Shown here one piece after another: positions 10,855-24,330 of a stretch of 64,000 nt of DNA. Below the pieces are notes generated by a model. The model was not told the DNA's origin and did not search any database. It saw only the letters and a list, made by a program, of their open reading frames with translations. How positions within the stretch are numbered: the stretch's first letter is position 1; every line of letters starts with the position of its first letter. The stretch lies in NCBI GenBank assembly GCA_973895155.1, contig OZ316897.1, forward strand, positions 23,101,455 through 23,165,454. Direction: 5' to 3'. The DNA is from Marsupella aquatica (lineage: Eukaryota; Plantae; Marchantiophyta). A program made the translations under genes and the position numbers.

Positions 10855-13632
10855 TACAAAAAGACAAGTATCTTAACACCAGTGGCTTACACTAGCCCTT
10901 GTATATCCAAGGTCACTCATAACTAACCTAACCTTAGCTAAGTCCCTCACTGTGGTTAGTCTATTAGTCGTAACCTATGAGTCACAAGACTAAAAGCAAT
11001 ACTTAACATACTCTAATGAATACATTCTAATCTATACTATCCATTTGGATTGTTTTCATTTGTCCTTTCTAATGTATGCATTTTTTTCTTCCATTTTTGT
11101 ATGTGTACAACAATGTTTAATAGTGAAAAAAAAACACACACACATGAGAATCTCAAGTCCAAAGTTTTACTAAATGATAAAACATCATACGAACATCTAT
11201 CCAAAGAATTTATTAAGATTTGTGAGAACCAACTTTACAAAAATATATAGATAGGTAACATCATCAATTATCAGTGATTGATAACTGATATCAATGAAGG
11301 GTCCACAGTGAGGGGATGTGGGCGAGTTTGCTGACATTGACAAGGATATATTGGCAAACTATGTTCAATTATCATGTTTTGAATAGGTAGCTTAAATGAT
11401 AAAACATGATATTTTTTACACACTTGATAATTTTATTACTCACTGGCGTCAGACAAAAAGAAACCTCACATGAGTGACCAACAAAAAAAAAACGTACATC
11501 AGAGACCAAACCATAAAAAAACTTACATGAGCCACCTACCCCCCAAAAACAATTCACACACTCAAGCATATTTCTAACTTTATCAATCCGTACTGGTACG
11601 GTAGTGAAAAAAAACACAAAACATGGGAAAATGCACAGAAAAACCTGCGGCAACATATTGTACATGGTAGGCCATGAGCTACAGGGTCCGCAGTTCATTA
11701 AGAGACTATGATTTAAAATCCTTGATACATGGGCTTTCCTCAAGAAAAAGGTCACTTTAGTGGCAGAGGATAATTTGCAGCTGGGAGATACTACAGTACT
11801 CTTGGTTTTTCTTTTGTGGTGTGAGTGGGGGGAGTGACGAGTCCAGGGCAAACAAAGTGATGTTGGATACAAAACCACTGAAATCTTGTCCATGCTGCCC
11901 CACAACAATATCGGGTCTTCACCATGCTGCCCCACAACAATATTCGGGTCTTCAGCATGAAACCCAGCCCAACAGAAGAGCAGGGCGAAGCCATGTCTTA
12001 GTGATTGAATCTAAAATCCTACAATTGTCTATCTATCAAGGCGGTAGTCACATACGCCTACAGGCGACAAAGTTCACTACGAGGTAACAAATACTTGAGA
12101 CTCTCCTCAAAAACTGACAGTCCCAATATTCGAAAGCAAATGAAGGGATTATTTAAAACATTGGACAGTATCTTCGAAGAAGCAGCCTTCAGGCCCTGAA
12201 CACTAAAACTTTTAATAGAGAACCAAAACTTGTAATCAAACACCTTTATAACACGCACAAAAGTAGATACATGTTCATTCTTTTGCTTTTAGAGGAAACC
12301 TTTCATTTATGATGAGCTAGAGACATGAACAAAGAAATTGCACGTCGGCAGTTTTCCCCTGCTTGAAAGTATGATCATTCTTTCAAGGCCATTTTCATGA
12401 CAAGACAACCACTGGAGTGCTTCTGCAAAACCTTTGTCTCCTAATCTAGCGGGAAATTTTGAGGGGGTACTGAAAGAATTTTCGTACATATTGAGCCAAG
12501 GGCTTCATTTCGCATATCTTTGCTTTTGGACTGTCAACAAGCACCTCAGAGAACTTTTCTATGATATGCTATCCACTGAACCTAGAAATTTGAATGTTTG
12601 TCAACACTCACAGTGACCAACGATTTTCTTCCGATTGTTGGTCAGTGAGGTTACCATTGAAGGATTGCGAGTTTCACTATCCATTGCTCGCAAAATCCTG
12701 AATGGATGAAACAGTCTTTCAGCCTGGTAAGTGCTAGTTACAACGCCAAATGGCATAATCTGAAGGTTCCTGTCAAAGAACTGCCATCGCCCAGGGCTTC
12801 AAGAAAAACCTCTCCAATTATGCTTTTTGAATGTATGTCTTTCATCCAGTAAACAACCAAAAACCTGATTATATCTAGCTGAGCTGCCAGTGAGTCCTGT
12901 TTACGGTCACTTTCTGGTCACTCCCTCTACAACAACACAGTACCCAAAATGGTCTATGTTTTTGGGCCAAGAGTAAACAGAAAAATGCTGAAGTAGCCCT
13001 AAACCGCGCCCGCTTATATGAAAGAACTATGGACATCCTTTCCGGGAACCCTGTGTGATACTGATGCTGGCCGCTGACCAATGAACTATCAATTACACCG
13101 ATCTTAGAGATCCACCCACACCTGCACTTCACGACTAACTGATACTGCCCCTCTTATACGGCAGAATACACCCCCACTTACCTCCTCCTAAGTGGTTTCA
13201 TACCACCATACATTATAAACTTTCTTAATTTTTTTAAACTTATATTTCTTTATATCCTTGGTTATCTAATATGTACAGTTAAAGGTTTTACCCTTACATT
13301 TATCATATAGTGGTCCCCACCAAGGAACCACAGAGAGCAATGCTCATGTGAGCCCTTTTCAAATCCAATTTCATTGTCATTCAGGTTTGATGGTGATTTC
13401 TCATGCAGTTTTTGTTGTCTTCTCAATTCTCAAATACAATTTCTCCATAGGATGAACCGGCAAGAAGGAAGGCAGAATGCCCATTCACCTCTCTCCTATT
13501 CTCTTCCTCTTTGTGAATGTCTCAATTTAGATCATCTTATCTGCCTTCCCCTCCATGTGAGTGCATTCTTTGAAGTTTGAATTCTGAATCTGAACACGGA
13601 TGATGGGAAGCTCTATGGTACTTAGCTCTGAG

Positions 13633-13741
13633 AATTTCTAAGAAAGTTGAGATTTGAGGGTCTCCTGAGAAGGTCTTCAGAATGAATTGACGCTCTCAAA
13701 ACCATTCTTTCACGTCTCAAATCTCAACTTTCTTAGAAATT
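13633..13741. repeat. Perfect 26-bp inverted repeat (hairpin or mini-MITE)
   Basis: aatttctaagaaagttgagatttgag (13633-13658) and ctcaaatctcaactttcttagaaatt (13716-13741). Confidence 0.9.
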
Positions 13742-13820
13742 TGTTTATGTCTAGCCTATTTTATAAATGGTGCAGCCATCTCAAGTCTACTATGAATGTA
13801 AAGCTTCTCCTAATAGATGT

Positions 13821-13896
13821 GTTGCATGGTAAAGTGTAAGTGTTCATGTTGCATGGTAAAGTGTAAGTGTTCATGTTGCATAGTAAAGTGTAAGTG
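13821..13896. repeat. 27-bp tandem repeat, ~3 copies
   Basis: gttgcatggtaaagtgtaagtgttcat repeated. Confidence 0.9.
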
Positions 13897-16800
13897 GGGG
13901 ATGTAACCTCATTAAAACCTCCCCTACTTTCTTTGTGGGAGGAAAGAGTATTACCATCCCCATGGGAGAAACATAATTGGGTTTAAGCATATAGTGTATG
14001 TGTAATTTCTACAAAGTATCTTAAGGTGTTTGTCAACACTATAGGCTTGTTGAAGATCCTCCTTGGTTGGTGTTAGCAAAGTTGATTGTGTCTTGTGTCT
14101 TGTGTTTCTTCCCGATCAGGCAATGAAGATTCCTCAATGGTCATAGATTACATGCAAGGAAAAAACAAGGTATTAGTTCATTATGAAGATGATATGGTTG
14201 ATTGAAATCCGTTGGCCTTGGAATCGTTTGGAGTGCCCAATCCTAGGTCTCATATATCATAGGGATTTTCTATCAAGATATAGCGTACCATCTCTCATGG
14301 TGCCTTACCAAGTCATACCTCACCTGATAGTACCTTGCAACGTGATACCATACTTCATATGATCATATGATACCTTATCATGATATGATGTGGGGTCTTT
14401 TATATTTCCAAATTTAGTCATCATGACATGTCATCCAATATTGGTGATTTAATGCATTTTTTCATAATTTGGCCATATGGTTCTAACTCATGGAATGTAG
14501 TTCCATTTTTAAATATTCATTGTTGTGAAAGGCACTTGTGCAGTGGCACATCCCATGGGTTAGTTTTCTTGGAGCCAAGTCTTTCTTGAGGTCTCCCCCT
14601 CAATTTGTCAAATATATTTCCTTTCCGCCTTAGTCTGCAGTAGGCAGACATTTGTTGTCATGTGCAGTAGGCACAGGGTTCCTATGTGTAGGAGGCAACC
14701 TGGGGAAAATATCTCTCCTTTAATTTGTGAAATTAATTGGTGGAAGTAATCATCATTAACATTTTCAATAAGTGTTTTTGTATGTGCCTTAAATCGTTTT
14801 GGCATGGCATGAATTTTTCTTGTGAATGTTAATGCAAATCAACATTGTCACAGTTGGCTTTTAATAACTCTGAAATGTCTTGCTTTGTTTTTTCCGTCAT
14901 CATTTGTCTCCATGTGGATTCTGTACTTGAGCTTCTTTCTTTATGTCCTTACTTCATGTCTTGTTGTTTGGTATTTCTTTCCTCTTGAAGAGAAAGTCTC
15001 TTTGTTCTTTAGTTCTCCATTCCTTAGTGTAAAATGGTCTTCTTAGATGAAAAAGGTGGAGGACTTTCCTTTGGTTTGATGGCTTCTTTTTGTTGTACTC
15101 CCTTAATCCCGTTGGTGTTTGCTTTTTCATCCCTGTTCTTAGTATATGTGTTCCTTAAATCAATATTGTATGGCAATGTTTCCTTTGTAAAGAAAGGTGC
15201 TTTTTGTTAAGCTCGTATTTTGCTAAAAACAATTGGAATTCAGGGTTGGTTTGGTGTTTAGGTTGTTTGAAGTGTATTTCCCTGGTTAAGTGCACATTTT
15301 GCTTTGTAAACACAAATCTCTTTGACATGTTTTTCAATTAAGGAGGGTTTGCACTTAGCGGTATGTTCTCAACGTTTTCTCGACGTTTCAGCATTTTTGT
15401 TGCGAGATTTGACTTTGCTGCGCGTGTTCCCTTCGTGCTTTTACCCTCTTTTCTCCGAGCTTCTGTTGGTTTGTGCTCCCTAAATGTGAACTCTTCTTTA
15501 TTTCTTTGTGGTCCTCTGGTTTATCTCTCTTTCTTCAATCTTCATTGATCTCCAGTCTTCGTTGACGGTCAATTGGTCGATTGTTGACAATCTTGGAGTG
15601 CGTGGTCCGAAGTCACAAAATTTGGAGCTCATTGGTCAATTTGCTGGACGACTTAGCTCTGCTGCTTTTGATAGGCCGACAGGGATTCTTGGAGTTTTGG
15701 GCTGCATGAGGATTGATTTGCTGACTGGGTGAGAAAGAACGAACTAGATGGCAAATAATCATCCCTACGATGGAGGACTAAACCTGGACAGCGTCTATGG
15801 GAGGAAGAAACCATCCGAGGCTCCGACGCAAGCATCAGCAGGAGCATATATCGATGAGTCTTCATCAACCGGCCCTTACGGTGGCTCTCAATACGCTTCT
15901 CCTTACACGAACTAGCAGCCAAGCCGATAACAAAGGGCTACTCCTAGTCGGGTGAACCGCTGGCAGGTGCTGCACCTGCCTATGGAAGGCCGGCGTCTGG
16001 GTATGGTGAGGATTATGGTCCCTCGCCTGGAGATCCTGCACCTCCTCTTATACAAGTCCCCGAACACTTAGAACTGAGTGCAACATTTGGTCTCTGAATT
16101 CTCTTACATTTTTTGCCGCCTGAAATATCTTGAGGAACATTCTCGAGAGTGTCGTATGGGTCAGGGGGGGGCATTTGTTGGAATAGGAAGCATTTGCCGA
16201 AACTAGTACAGCATGAATTTGGACGGCACATCTTTGTAATCCTTGCCACTGTGCAGAACCTAGGAATTGGATAACTTCCAAGGCAATAGATTGCTTCAAA
16301 ACTGAGATATCGACGAGGCATCATCGCAATTCTGCACTTAAAGTTGACAGAGACCTCAAGATCGAGGGAATCCATTGCTCAAAAATTTGTTAAAAATGAG
16401 AAGAAGACATCCAATCGCAACCATGAAACTTAGGACGAGCGGGATCCCAGCGTGCATAGCCCAAGCCGACAACAGATGATGCGGACGCCGTTTGCTCCCA
16501 ATGTATCCCGCTTCCCCTTCACGCAATTGGCCGCATTCAAGCTAACATCAATGCCATCTTTGTCCACATTCAGCCACAATTCAGAGTGCAGAGTGAGCTG
16601 CAGCGCTTCAAGCAGCTCTCGCAAAAAAACCAAAAAAACTTTGGCACATTCAAATCACTTCTTCAGGGCTCTCCCTCCTTTCTTTGCCTTAGAGTGAATC
16701 AGTCATGGCCTCAAAAATTCAGCCAGTCTTAGGCTCGTGCTGATAGTCTTAGGCTCGTGCTGATAATGTGTTGTAGGATCAATGAGACAAAGAGTAGTTC

Positions 16801-16902
16801 CATCTTTATTCCTGGTAGGATATGTATATGTGGCCACGGCCTAAGTAGTTAGGGTAGTCTATATCCCAAAGGTAGACTTAACTCAGGTATGAGTTACAAC
16901 AC

Positions 16903-17100
16903 CATTCTCCTTTATGTGCACATCAGTCTTTTTGTATGCACATTCATAGTCTATGCACATATGTTTGTGGTGGGGCCATAGTGTCCATATATTTTTTGAA
17001 TGTAAATATTTAAAAATTATCACAAAAAACTTGCATGTACGGGTTGACATACATGTTAGTCATGTCACCAATTCTTTCCATGCACATGATGGCCATAGAG
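16903..17100 (+). repeat. Dispersed repeat fragment, related copy at ~59651-59835
   Basis: Shared blocks attctcctt..gtgcacatc, cacatatgtt.gtggtggg.ccatagtgtccat, ttatcacaaaaaactt and ttccatgcacatgatggcc. Confidence 0.8.
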
Positions 17101-17140
17101 TTATGGTCTGGAGGCTTCACTCTAGATCTAGAGGCAAGGC

Positions 17141-19677
17141 ATGATAATCGAGGAGCTGCCCAGGAAAGAAAATTGGAGGGCTGCAGGGCTCGATTTGATT
17201 GGCCAAGGCGGACTGCGATCTCTTTCCAATTGTGGCAACAGAAATTGGTCTCCAAACAGTGCACAACGGAATGGCAATAGTGACATGCATACCGCGGGGA
17301 CCACGAGTCAAACAGTTGCTGTGTTGCAGAATCGTCTACAACGTGGCATTACTACTAACTCGTACACATGTGAAAGTTCTGCAGATGTGCTCGAAACAGA
17401 AAGACCTTTTAGCCGCGAAGCAGGACCGCATCATCCAGAGTGGAATGCATAAGAATGCATATGTGGCGGTAACCCTCCTGAATGTGTATATCAAATGTGG
17501 GGCATTGTTGGATGCCCGCCGAGTTTTTGATCAACTTGAGAAGAAAAGTGTTATTACTTGGAACAACATGATTGCGGGATATGCTAAGAATGATCATGCT
17601 GAATCTGCACTAAAGCTTCTCAATCAAATGCGCCAAGAAGGCGTGCAGCCTAATGAGAACACATATCTGAGCATCCTGAAGGCATGTGCTTACCCATTAG
17701 CTCTAAAATGGGTGAAGGAAGTTCATGTGTATATTCGACGTACTGGCTTTGAATCAGATGTGCGTGTAGGGACTGCCCTGCTACAGATGTATGCAAAGAG
17801 TGGCAGTATCGATGACGCCCGACTAGTTTTTGACAGAATGGAGAAACGTGATGGAGTGACATGGACTGCGATGCTTAGTGCATATGCAGAAGCTGGTCAT
17901 GGTGAGGAAGCATATCGACTATTCCTCCAAATGAGAAGGGAAGGATTCGAACCAGATGCAATCACTTATCTGAGCATCCTGAATGCATCTGCAAGTGCGG
18001 GGGCTTTGGAGTGGGTGAAGGAGGTTCATGGCCACGCTAGGAAAGCCGGACTGGAGTCGGATTTACGTGTATGCAATGCACTCGTTCACATGTATGCAAA
18101 GAGTGGCAGTATAAATGATGCTCGACTGGTTTTTGACAGAATGGAGAAACGCAATGTAATCACATGGAATGTAATGATAGGAGGACTTGCACAAGATGGA
18201 TGTGGGCATGAAGCATATCGATTGTTTCTCCAAATGAGACGGGACGGCTTTGAACCAGATGCATTCACTTATGGGAGTATTCTGAGTGCATCTGCAAGAG
18301 CGGGGGATTTGCAGTGGGTGAAGGAGGTTCATGGCCACGCTCGCAAAGCCCGACTGGAGTCGACGTTGCGTGTGGGCAGTGCACTCGTTCACATGTATAC
18401 CAAGAGTGGCAGTATAGATGATGCCCGACTGGTTTTCGATAGAATGGAGAAACGTGATGTTGTCACATGGAATACCATGATTGGGGGACTTGCACAACAT
18501 GGATCTGGGTATGAGGCATATCGATTGTTTCTCCAAATGAAACTGGAAGGCTTCGAACCAGATGCAATCACTTATCTGAGCATCCTGAATGCATCTGCAA
18601 GTGCGGGGGCTTTGGAGTGGGTGAAGGAGGTTCATGGCCACGCTAGCAAGGCCGGACTGGAGTCGGATTTGCGTGTGGGCAGTGCTCTCGTTCACATGTA
18701 TACAAAGAGTGGCAGTATAGATGATGCCCGACTAGTTTTTGACAGGGTCGGGCAACGCGATGTAATCACATGGAACATAATGATCGGTGGACTTGCGCAA
18801 CACGGACATGGGCATGAAGCCCTGAAACTTTTCAGGCAAATGAATGCAGACCATGTGAAGCCCATCGAGACGTCATTCATAGCTGTGTTGTCAGCATGTT
18901 CTCATGGAGGCCTTGTTGATGATGGCCGTAGAATCTTTTCAGCTATGACGCAAGATTATGGTATCGAGCGTACTGTTGTTCACTACAACCTAATGGTGGA
19001 TATTCTTGGGCGGGCGGGACACTTGGAGGAAGCAAAGCAGTTCATCACTAAGATGCCGATCGAACCAAATGATGTAACTTGGACAGCCTTGCTTGGGGCT
19101 TGTAGAACTTACGGTAACGTGGAGCTGGGTGAACAGGCCGCTAACGAGCTTTTCAATTTGGAACCCGGTAAGTCCTCTACATATGTGCTGCTCTCCAATA
19201 TCTATGCAGCAGCTGGGAAGTGGGAGAAGGTGTCATCTGTGCGCGCTATGATGCAAGACAGAGGTGTTCGGAAGGAACCAGGACGTAGCTGGATTGAAGT
19301 TGATAACAAGATCCATGAATTTGTTGTCGGGGATACATCTCACCCAGAAGCGGAGGCGATCTATACTGAGCTGAATAAATTGAGTGAAAAATGGAAGGCT
19401 GAAGGCTACAATCCAAATACCAAGCTTGTGTTGCATGATATAAATGAGGAGGATAAAGAGCTAGCTCTTTGCTCTCATAGTGAGAAGTTGGCTATTGCTT
19501 ATGCACCTACCTTTGGGAGAACCAATTCGTATAAGTAAGAACCTTCGGGTGTGTTCAGATTGCCACTCAGCAACCAAGTATATCTCTAAGGTGACCGGAC
19601 GCGAGATTATTGCGAGGGATGGAAATCGGTTCCACTATTTTAAAGACGGAATGTGTTCTTGTGGTGATTACTGGTGA
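17141..19677 (+). pseudogene. PLS-class PPR protein with E and DYW deaminase domains (organellar C-to-U editing factor), two apparent frameshifts
   Basis: Intronless P-L-S triplets (VITWNxMIGG, YxKSGSIDDARLVFDRM), E domain, PG box KEPGRSWIEV and [31 protein letters not shown] lies in another frame (19480-19677). The N-terminal VLQNRLQRGITTNSY is also out of frame (shift ~17368). Confidence 0.9.
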
Positions 19678-22600
19678 AACCAGATTGCAAGCTAAGTTGT
19701 GCTGGCTGGAAAGGGACTCTAAAGTTGTACTGCCTGGCAGCGCAGACACAATCAGCTTTTCATTGCTGCAATTCTGTAACATTAATTTTGAGACTCTGCA
19801 ATTTGGGGTTGTAACTAGCCCTCTTCTGGCTGAAAGACGTTCTCATGTAAGAGAATTATACGGGGATTTACTTTTGAGAGTCGAAATCACAGATGCGTGA
19901 AATCAAGCTCTCGGCCCGGCATGTAGAAAGTTCGTTTGATATCTTCGTTACACTTCGTTGTTAATTTAGCAGACGGGTTTGCATACAGCAGCTGCCTTGC
20001 CAGGAACTTAGTACTAGAAGGGAAATTACTTTGCTGAGACGAGACGGTAAAATCAAGGGCATGAAGATAAAATTCGCCGATGGCAACGTCCACCAGCATA
20101 AAACTTTAGGCAATCAGTTTCAGAGTTCATTGACTTGCAGAGAAAGCTTGGGCTCCCAGACTCATGGATGTATCCAGATCTGGTACAGCTTGATGATGTA
20201 GGTGGGAGACTAAACAATTCAATTCTAGGAAGACGGCCATGTTCTTCGGCTTCGAAGCTAGTTGACAGCTTGAATTCAATCCAAGGTATGAAGTTTCATC
20301 TGCAACTCAACTGTTCTGACAGAGCTTCGAAGTTTCCCAAGATAAGGTCGTCAAAGGTGCTTTAAATCGTGTTAGTTACTCCGGGTTTTGGGAAGGAGGA
20401 AGTTTTCAAATTATGCGAGAATGAGAATGATGCACTGTGCACTGCTGTCCTCATGGATCATCGGACAAGGCAGGAAAGTGGACTGTCCTTGCAGTAGAAA
20501 TTTTGCTGCGTTTATGGCGTGATTGAAATCTGAAAGCTCATAGACAGTGACAGTGCACGTGAACGGAGAAGGGAGCATAGTTCTGCAAGGAATAGTGGAT
20601 TAGCATGTGTCTGTTGCTTCTGCTGGGCCCATGCCTACTTCAAGAAAACCGATTCATCCTGGAGAAGGTCTTGAGAGAGATTAATCTGTTATCTCTTTAT
20701 TTAGGTTGGAATTTGCTTAGGTGAGAATGATGTCGAAGACGTCTGTTGGAAGGACACCATTCTTCCTTTGAGCTAACGTAACAATATTCAGGCAGCAATC
20801 AATCATGAACTTTAATTTGTGCACCGTCTTGACAATGGAATGGCAATGTGAGTGGTTTTCCTCAATTGTTGGCAGTCAAAACTCGTCCCATGAGGTATTG
20901 TATGATGCAAGCAAACAGGAATTTTGCTAGCAAGTATGGAAATGGCTGATGAGGCAATACCTTTGGATCCAAAGGATTGCTCTGAGTCTCCACGGTTGCT
21001 TCAAACTCAGGTCCATCTGGTTTTGGCTCCTTTCTGCTTGGTGCTGCTGTTGTCGGCTTTTTAATTCGTTAAGCCTACCTAGCCTTTTTTTGTGCCCCAG
21101 AGGCCTCAGCATTACCTCTACCTTTCCATTCATTGTGTACCAAGGTGGGTTTGACTCATTAAGCCTACCTAAACTTCTTTGGTGCCCAGAGGCCTCAGCA
21201 TTACCTCCTACCTATCCACCATTGTGTACCAAGGTGATTCACCTCCAAGAACAATCTCATCTGTCCAAGCCACAGTAGTCCCTGATGGCTTCCAATGCTT
21301 AAACGAAACACCTGTACACGGCCTCCCCTATGCCTACTACACTGCCCTTGCACAATAATAGCTGATCAAGTGTTCCCTGTGGGAGTCCAGAGGAATGAAT
21401 TCTTGATCAGCTCGTCTACAACTGCCACAGGTGAGACATGCCTCTCTCTTACAGCTCGTCCTAGCTCTGCCCCTGGATCCGCTTATACATAAGTTGCCAT
21501 AAACTTACGAGCCTCCTTGAAAATCCATCCCAACAAAAATTGTGCCTGGTTGAGGTTGCTCAGCCCAGCTTCAGCTCAGCCCAAAGAATATAGTGCCATT
21601 GTCCCATGTGCAAACCTTCATAAATGAAAGTGATGAGAATGCAGACCCCGTAGCGGCACCTCAAGCACTGCATGAACCATAGCGGCTCGAGCACAGCATG
21701 AAGTGGGTCACAACCACATAAGGCACAATCACAATGGACATGCAGATCTTTGGTTATGGCCTGGGCAAGATTGACTTATGGACGTGGGGATTTTTACATC
21801 AACAAGCTTGGATCAAATGGTGTCAAGGGCACAACTCTTAGCTTGGATGTCCATTGGACACATCAAGACTATGAGTGCATATGGACCCTGGATGTGGGCT
21901 ACTTTTGTGGTCATCTAAGTCTGTGGGCTTAATAATCAGACTCAAAGAATCCCTCATAATACAAAGGCTGGAAGCCGCCAAACTTAGAGGACCAAAGTTG
22001 GCAAGTCTCCAGAATATAAGGGGAGTACTGTCCTCAAATAGATCTCAGGGAGCATGGTGCTTCATACTACAAGGGCCCAAACCCAAATAAAAACCACAAC
22101 ATATATTGAAACCGAACGTTTGTTTGATGAGTTATTGAAAGTTATAAATCATGAGAGTTGCAAAACTCCACAAGCAAAAATGGGTCACCCTTCCCACATA
22201 GTTTATCTGGAGAAAATGACAAGAGACATAGGGGAACCAAAAAAACTTGAGAAATGACCAGAAAAAAACAAAACTCTCAAGTAAATTGGTTCTATGCATT
22301 AGGTCTCTTACAAAGTGATAAATAGATAAGTTAGTACAATCATGCAATCAGACACCCGACATGTTCCTGAGAGCCTACTATTCTCAAGACACCACTTAGT
22401 ACCATGACTACCGCACTTCACGACTTGGGTTTGCCCTTGGCCCACTGGAGACGTCACTCCCCTCAAATGTGCTTATGGTGACCCCGATGGTGACCTACCA
22501 CCTGCGGACCCAACTTTGGTCCCTTGATTTTGGCCCCTCACCAGGACTCCAACCAAGGTGACCAGGCATGAAGCTAACTTGTTAGGCCCAGAATTTTCTT

Positions 22601-23244
22601 GTTAGGCATTCATAGGTAAAGTACCTTTTCCCGTTGTGATTGGGCCTACGCATTGCTCATGCCGAGGCTCTCAGGACTCATCGCCCATAGAGGGTCCCGG
22701 GCGGCTCCACCCAAGTGCCGTCAATTTTCATGCCTTTAGCGTTCATTCCACATGAACCAAACTTCATTGCACTTAGGCCCAAGAGGAGCTATCACTCAAG
22801 CCCTCAAAATTGAGAGTCCATCCAGGGGTCCGGACAGTCTGCTCTAAGCCCAACCCTTATCGTGGCCCAACCAGCTCATAATGCCACTCCAAATCCCTGG
22901 TGCGCAATCCTAGCTCAACGCATTGCCTTTGCTAGAGCAACGCTTCCTTGCTCTCAAGTCTGCTTATACTTAGTCCTTCTGGATGGTCATGATGCCTGGA
23001 CCATGGGGGAGCTTGGCACCAGAGCTAAGTGGTAGAGTAGTCAAGTTTTGTGATTCCAACTTGCGAGAGGGGTTAGTGCGCTCACATTGCGGGAGCTAGT
23101 GATGTCATGGGTGTCCTAGCAACTTTGGGATACATGAGCAGGCAATGAGTGTGGACTAGTATGTAGCCTTTCAGGAGGCCCAACGCGTAGAATGCCCAGG
23201 AGTTTAGGTCTTTAATGTGGGGGAGGTTTGGTTGAGGATCGGGT

Positions 23245-24330
23245 TTACGATTGCGGGTTGTGTGACTGTCTCTTTGGAGCCAAGAGATTTGTTAGCGCAC
23301 TCAGGGGTCTAGAAAACTTTGCAAAGTCCTGATGTATTTTTGATAAAACCCCACAAAATAATCCCCAAAAGGCACAAACTTGCTTTGCTCTTCCAAGTCG
23401 TTCCCAGTCCTTGATTCCCTTTTTTGTAAATGTGCCCAAGGAACTGGGTCTCATCCATTGCAAACTCACATTTTCTTGGCTTAGCATAGAGGTGACCTTG
23501 CACAAAGAAGTGAACACTTCCTCAGGAAATTGCTTGTGTTTCTCCAACATCTTTGAATGGACTAAGATGTCATCAATAAAGACTATTACACTTTGGACCA
23601 ACGAATCATGAAAAATACTATTCATCATTTCATGAACATTGCAATTGCATTGTATAATCCTGACAGCATTATCAAAAACTCATAGGACCAAATCTTGTGC
23701 CCATTGCAGTCTTATACTCGCCCCCTTCAGCCATGCAAATCTGGACTATGTAGCATTGTCCCTCACTCATATCACAACAAATGGTCGACACCATCTCAAA
23801 GCAAACTTTGAAGAGTAGAATACTGATTTATTAAGCTCTCATCCAAACTGAGAACCCAATCTTCTTGCTGAATCTGCATCTGAATAAGTCTAAGTCTCCT
23901 CTTCCTATCAAATTGCTCCTTGTTCCCTTCTCTTGCTTTCTTTACTTTTCTCAAGGCTTCATTAATCTTATTTGGTATCAAATTGAAGTGTTTGATCCTT
24001 CTTGCTAGTAGTCCCTCTCTTGAAACCTCATCTTCCCACTCAATGGCTCTCCTGTTGTGTACAGCCTCCTTCATAGGCATCAATGGCAGATCACCTCATC
24101 TTCCCACTCAATGGCTCTCCTATTGTGTACAGCCTCCTTGATAGGTATCAATGGCAGATCACCTCATCTTCCCACTCAATGGCTCTCCTGTTGTGTATAG
24201 CCTCCTTCATAGGCATCAATGGCAGATCACCTGAGACCAACTCAGTTGGTGCAAAACCAGTAAATGAACTACATGTGGGCTGTCCTTGTTTTGTTGGAAT
24301 GAGCCATTCCCCTTGTTTACGTCGAGTCTG
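23245..24330 (-). mobile_element. Ty3/gypsy LTR-retrotransposon relics (RT and integrase C-terminal fragments)
   Basis: VIVFIDDILVHS, LYAKPRKCEF..FLGH and FAKFSRPLSALT. Integrase-tail-like FAPTELVSGDLPLMPM..EQFDRKRR..DWVL. Relic DNA probably extends to ~21000. Confidence 0.8.
24026..24232. repeat. ~68-bp tandem repeat x3 in the gypsy relic
   Basis: cctcatcttcccactcaatggctctcctgttgtgtacagcctccttcataggcatcaatggcagatca units at 24026, 24093 and 24162. Confidence 0.9.

Noticed and set aside
18063-18880. Repetitive minus-strand ORFs
   Set aside because: These are antisense shadows of the PPR repeats.
17199-19538. Treating the 779-aa ORF as an intact gene, or as a U-to-C (KP-type) editor
   Set aside because: Both ends are out of frame with the conserved sequence. 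The PG box and HSEKLA indicate the ordinary C-to-U type.
20900-23240. Intact LTR pair, PBS or gag for the gypsy relic
   Set aside because: No matching LTRs, TSD or PBS could be located. The fragments are scrambled.
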